This document shows positions 60,278-64,000 of a DNA stretch of 64,000 bases, one piece after another. The number at the start of each line of letters is the position of its first letter. The first letter of the stretch is position 1. The DNA is from Caldivirga sp. UBA161 (GTDB lineage Archaea > Thermoproteota > Thermoprotei > Thermoproteales > Thermocladiaceae). A model generated the notes under the pieces. It searched no databases, had not been told where the DNA came from, and saw only the letters and a list, made by a program, of their open reading frames with translations. The position numbers were made by a program, and so were the translations under genes. The stretch covers positions 20,927 to 84,926 of the forward strand of contig NZ_DAXS01000068.1 in NCBI RefSeq assembly GCF_002506515.1, written 5' to 3'.

Positions 60278-61242
60278 GTAAATGGATTTAAGGATGCCTC
60301 ATACCACCTCCTCGCAATTATGTTTTTCAACCACCCTGGAAGTAAAGCCATCAGGTAATACTTAAATGTATGTGAATTTAAGTACCTTAGGCTTAATTCA
60401 CCCTGCCCATTAAAGATTCGAGCAATAGCATTATACATAATACTCTCCACACACGCGTACCTTTCAAACTTACTACCTTTAGTCATTTCGCATATTATTG
60501 CGTAATCGTGAATAACTCTATTGATTAATATTCTCATTGATTCAACGTAATCATTAAATGAACTAAGCCGACCTCTACTGACGTTACCCTCATGTACCCT
60601 ATATTTAGTTAATTTATCAGGTATTAGTAATGCCAGGCCACCGTTAAGCGCGGCACTATAGTAAAGTACTGAATCTGAAATTACACTGATTTGACTCACA
60701 TAATGCTTAACCTTCATTAACACCTCCCTTCTAATCGATATTGAACTAGCATTAAAGGCCGCGCCAGCCCAAAGCCATCTATTGAATTCATAATCATCAC
60801 TTAGATTAAATATTACCTGTTGATTAATTTGAGAACAAGGCTTAACGTATGGTGGTATCCTAAAGTGGTACCTCACTTTACGTACTTCCATGCCACTGTT
60901 GGTAATGCATGAGGTCGAATTGTGAACATAGGTTAATTCACTAATATTTTCAAAGAACATACTCACTACATTTACCTTATTTTTCTCGAATTCATCATCA
61001 TCGTCGAGGAACATTATAATGTCACCTGTGGCCTCTTCAGCGGCTTCAATAATCTTCTTACCTATATGGGGTGAATCATCATCAATAACCTTAACCGAAC
61101 CCTCAAGTAACCTTACTTCAGGGCTCTTAACTACAATAATCTCATCAGGTTGCCTACTCTGAGCCTTAATGGATTTAATTGCTAGAGGTAAATAAGCCTG
61201 CCTCCTATAACATGTTACTACTATGGTTACCTTAATACTCAT
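60274..61242 (-). CDS. GT2 family glycosyltransferase (soluble)
   Basis: TIVVTCY.R, ATGDII.FLDDDD, FNASSISIRR, LTKYRVH. Confidence 0.88.
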   Translation of the reverse strand: MSIKVTIVVTCYRRQAYLPLAIKSIKAQSRQPDEIIVVKSPEVRLLEGSVKVIDDDSPHIGKKIIEAAEEATGDIIMFLDDDDEFEKNKVNVVSMFFENISELTYVHNSTSCITNSGMEVRKVRYHFRIPPYVKPCSQINQQVIFNLSDDYEFNRWLWAGAAFNASSISIRREVLMKVKHYVSQISVISDSVLYYSAALNGGLALLIPDKLTKYRVHEGNVSRGRLSSFNDYVESMRILINRVIHDYAIICEMTKGSKFERYACVESIMYNAIARIFNGQGELSLRYLNSHTFKYYLMALLPGWLKNIIARRWYEASLNPFT

Positions 61243-61337
61243 TTAATTCTCCAAGCCTAATACCTTACATTAAATTAAAGGATTATCATTATGGTAAACA
61301 CTAAGCTTAAGTTAGGCTACTCTCTGAAAATAATTAA

Positions 61338-61802
61338 TCACTTAACCTGCATTAGCCTTTTCTCAAGTCTAGTGATTAACTTAGCCATAACTCCCTTAGC
61401 AACCTCATTATCAATAACCCTACTTGAACTATCTTTGCATGCGCCAGCACACCAATACTCATGGATTAGCAATACTAATGCTGTTAACTCCATTAATTCA
61501 GGGTCCCTGTACCTTAAATGCTCAGCAATGGTCATCATTAGTTTAATAGGCATTGTAGCTATTATTAATTCACTAGCGTTAACCTTAATATTACCTCTAA
61601 TTCTCTTGAAACCACTTACCTTAATTAAGTCGCTGTTAATGCCAGCTAAGTATGATAAGTAAGCCCGCCATGCCTGAATGATATTAAATGCCGCACTCCT
61701 TAATAAGCCAGACTTTAGGAATGCCTTAGCTAACTCTAATTCAACCCTACTTTCATTTAATCTTAATTCACTAATTTCGCTAATATTTAAGTGAACTCGC
61801 AT
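61338..61802 (-). CDS. PaREP1 family protein (HEPN-like)
   Basis: RLNES..ELELAKAFLKSGLLRSAA...QAWRAYL..LA, MP, L.IHEY. Confidence 0.75.
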   Translation of the reverse strand: MRVHLNISEISELRLNESRVELELAKAFLKSGLLRSAAFNIIQAWRAYLSYLAGINSDLIKVSGFKRIRGNIKVNASELIIATMPIKLMMTIAEHLRYRDPELMELTALVLLIHEYWCAGACKDSSSRVIDNEVAKGVMAKLITRLEKRLMQVK

Positions 61803-62025
61803 AAGTTACTATCACTAACCTGTATTTATACCAATCCTTAATTAATTAGGGAATTATACATTGATGAATACTTGAATAATCTAATTTAAAGATGATGGAA
61901 GGTATTTTCTAAGAAATCAAGTGTTGCTTAAGTATATAGTATATTTATGAATATGTTATAGTTGCACCAGCAATACCGAAAACTATATAAAACCTCACCT
62001 GATTGATGTATTTGAGGTGAGTAAA

Positions 62026-62232
62026 ATGAACATAAGAGCATCAATAAGAGTCATGAGTAGTTTATTAAGTGCAGGGAAAACTGCTGAAGCAAGTAATTCT
62101 GATTCCATAGCGGATGTTGAGGAGTATAAACAATTAAGAAGCAGAACTAATGAGGTATTAATGATGCCGAGTTTTAATGGCTTAATAGTGTTAATTTATG
62201 ATAAGAGGAGTGGTGCATATAGGTTAGCTTAA
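62026..62232 (+). CDS. Small hypothetical protein (68 aa)
   Basis: TATATAAA box at about 61984-61991 and GAGGTG Shine-Dalgarno ending 6 nt before ATG 62026. Confidence 0.5.
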   Translation: MNIRASIRVMSSLLSAGKTAEASNSDSIADVEEYKQLRSRTNEVLMMPSFNGLIVLIYDKRSGAYRLA

Positions 62233-62351
62233 CCTTTCCCTTGCTCTTAAAGGATTGAAACTCTAAGTACGTTATGCAATTCTGAGGCTCCCTCTAACTG
62301 ATGATGCTCCTAGTTTAATGCTTAAATATTGCAACCAATGATGCCTATTTA

Positions 62352-64000
62352 ATGGAATTTTCAATGAAAGTAAACCTAATAAACGACGATGCATTAAAGG
62401 TAAGCGTAATTAAAAGTGGTAGTAAGTACCGGGAATCCCCAGCTGTTGTTGTTAAACCAAGCGTTGAATTAGCAAGTGGTGAGAATAGGCTTGGCCCATG
62501 GCTTGTTAAAGTTGCTGGTGATTCCATTGATGTAAGTGTAAATAATATGAGTGCAGCATTAAGGTTTAGCTATAGTAATGATCAAATAATAGTAAGAGGT
62601 AATCTAGGCCTCAATGACTCTGTTTACGGACTTGGTGAAAAAGCACTACCATTGAATAGGAAAAGGTTTAGGGTAACCATGTGGAACACCGATGCCTATG
62701 GATATAGGTATGGTTCAGATCCATTATATGTGTCAATACCATTCTTCATAATTACAAATAAGAATGGGGCAATAGGCCACTTCGCTGATTCCACGGCTAA
62801 GGTAATTATTGATCTTGGTGCGGAGAAGGAGAATGAGTTCACAGTTATTGTAAATGATTACCAGTTAGATTACTACATTATTAGGGGGCCTAGGCTTAGG
62901 GATGTGGTTACTAGGTTCATTAACTTAACAGGTAAGCCTACCTTAATGCCTAAATGGGTACTTGGGCATCAGCAAAGTAGGTACAGTTACTACCCCCAGG
63001 ATAGGGTTATTGAGGTTATTAAGGCCTTTAAGGAGAAGGGACTGGATAATACTGTAGTTTACCTAGATATACATTACATGGATGGCTACAGGATATTCAC
63101 TTGGAATAAGGATAGGTTCCCTAACCCCATTGACTTAGCTAAGGTAGCTCATGAACTTGGCGTTAAATTAGTAACCATAGTGGATCCATACATTAAAGTT
63201 GATCCAAATTATCAAGTGTTTAAGGAGGGTATTAATGGCAACCATCTGTCGCTTGATGATGATGGTGGCTTATCTATAATTCAGGGTTGGCCAGGTAAAT
63301 CAGCGTTACCAGACTTCTTTAATAGGGAGGCTAGGGAGTGGTGGGCAAGCCTCATTGAGCGTTGGGTTAAGGAGTATGGTATTGATGGTATTTGGCTAGA
63401 CATGAATGAACCAGCGGCCTTCGATTACCCTAATCACACAGTCTCAAGTAAGACTATAACTCATAGGCTTGATGATGGTTCAAGGGTACCTCATGATTTC
63501 CTTCATAATGCATATGCACTATATGAGGCTATGGCGACATATGATGGTTTAGTTAAGGCAGGTAAAAGGCCATTCATATTATCCAGGGCTGGATACGCTG
63601 GAATACAGAGGTATGCTGCTGTGTGGACTGGTGATAATACTAGTAATTGGGAACATTTGAGGCTGCAATTGCAGATACTGTTGGGTTTAAGCATATCTGG
63701 CGTCACATTCATAGGATCTGATGTAGGTGGCTTTGCGAAGTACGTTCCAGGGGGTGGTGGGAACATGTTGTTTACCTTAAGCCCTGAACTACTGGTTAGG
63801 TGGTATGAGTGGGCTATTTTCTTCCCACTGCTGAGGAACCATGCCTCAATTGGATCACCTGATCAGGAACCATGGGCCTTTGGGCCGAGGACTCTTGAAT
63901 TAATTAAGAACCTTCTTAGGCTTAGGGCTAGGTTAACTCCATACCTATACTCACTAATGTGGCTTAGCCACGTTAATGGTGAACCAATAGTTAGGCCACT
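62352..64000 (+). CDS. GH31 alpha-glucosidase (MalA-like), 3'-truncated by window edge; absent from ORF track
   Basis: Manual translation from ATG 62352 gives VYGLGE, MWNTDA, DPLYVSIPF, QSRYSY, DIHYMD, GIWLDMNEP nucleophile, VWTGDN acid/base, GSDVGGF, RNHA. Confidence 0.92.
   Translation, partial: MEFSMKVNLINDDALKVSVIKSGSKYRESPAVVVKPSVELASGENRLGPWLVKVAGDSIDVSVNNMSAALRFSYSNDQIIVRGNLGLNDSVYGLGEKALPLNRKRFRVTMWNTDAYGYRYGSDPLYVSIPFFIITNKNGAIGHFADSTAKVIIDLGAEKENEFTVIVNDYQLDYYIIRGPRLRDVVTRFINLTGKPTLMPKWVLGHQQSRYSYYPQDRVIEVIKAFKEKGLDNTVVYLDIHYMDGYRIFTWNKDRFPNPIDLAKVAHELGVKLVTIVDPYIKVDPNYQVFKEGINGNHLSLDDDGGLSIIQGWPGKSALPDFFNREAREWWASLIERWVKEYGIDGIWLDMNEPAAFDYPNHTVSSKTITHRLDDGSRVPHDFLHNAYALYEAMATYDGLVKAGKRPFILSRAGYAGIQRYAAVWTGDNTSNWEHLRLQLQILLGLSISGVTFIGSDVGGFAKYVPGGGGNMLFTLSPELLVRWYEWAIFFPLLRNHASIGSPDQEPWAFGPRTLELIKNLLRLRARLTPYLYSLMWLSHVNGEPIVRP

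Noticed and set aside
61291..61662. 123-aa plus-strand ORF
   Set aside because: Antisense to the PaREP1 gene, which has recognisable family motifs.
62270..62330. CTGA...CTGATGATG as a possible C/D box sRNA
   Set aside because: No proper C box upstream or terminal D box at the expected spacing.
63503..63766. 87-aa minus-strand ORF
   Set aside because: Antisense to the GH31 alpha-glucosidase frame.
1..64000. tRNA, rRNA, CRISPR array, provirus, integrase, intein
   Set aside because: No GC-rich structured RNA segments, T-loop consensus, periodic repeats, viral hallmark genes or intein termini seen by eye; small RNAs cannot be excluded without covariance-model searches.

Overview
Gene-dense 64 kb window (roughly 40-45% GC by eye, heavy AGG-Arg usage). 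Many start codons have a TATA box about 22-30 nt upstream, suggesting leaderless transcripts. It looks like a thermoacidophilic crenarchaeon of the Thermoproteales, probably Caldivirga-like; this is inferred from gene content (PaREP1, cydAA', isolated rps11). About 60 CDSs are present, including two truncated at the window edges (Trm10-like at left, a GH31 alpha-glucosidase at right that the ORF track missed). I saw no rRNA, tRNA or CRISPR array. Housekeeping genes are interleaved with a rich set of carbohydrate enzymes (GH116, two GH31, GH20, two GT2). Main leads: (1) a dispersed but coherent set of homologues of bacterial cell-wall recycling enzymes (MupG/DUF871, S66 LD-carboxypeptidase next to a BadF/MurK-type amino-sugar kinase, GH20, M19 dipeptidase, MFS) in an organism without peptidoglycan, a possible archaeal peptidoglycan-scavenging pathway; (2) three CdvA-like coiled-coil proteins, one with a PRC barrel, in a lineage thought to lack both FtsZ and Cdv/ESCRT division; (3) an eroded IS200/IS605 tnpB 3' end abutting a truncated SQR-like gene; (4) a cydAA' oxidase with no cydB. 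All calls come from motif recognition by eye, with no database searches. Several start codons were moved from the ORF track using TATA-box spacing.
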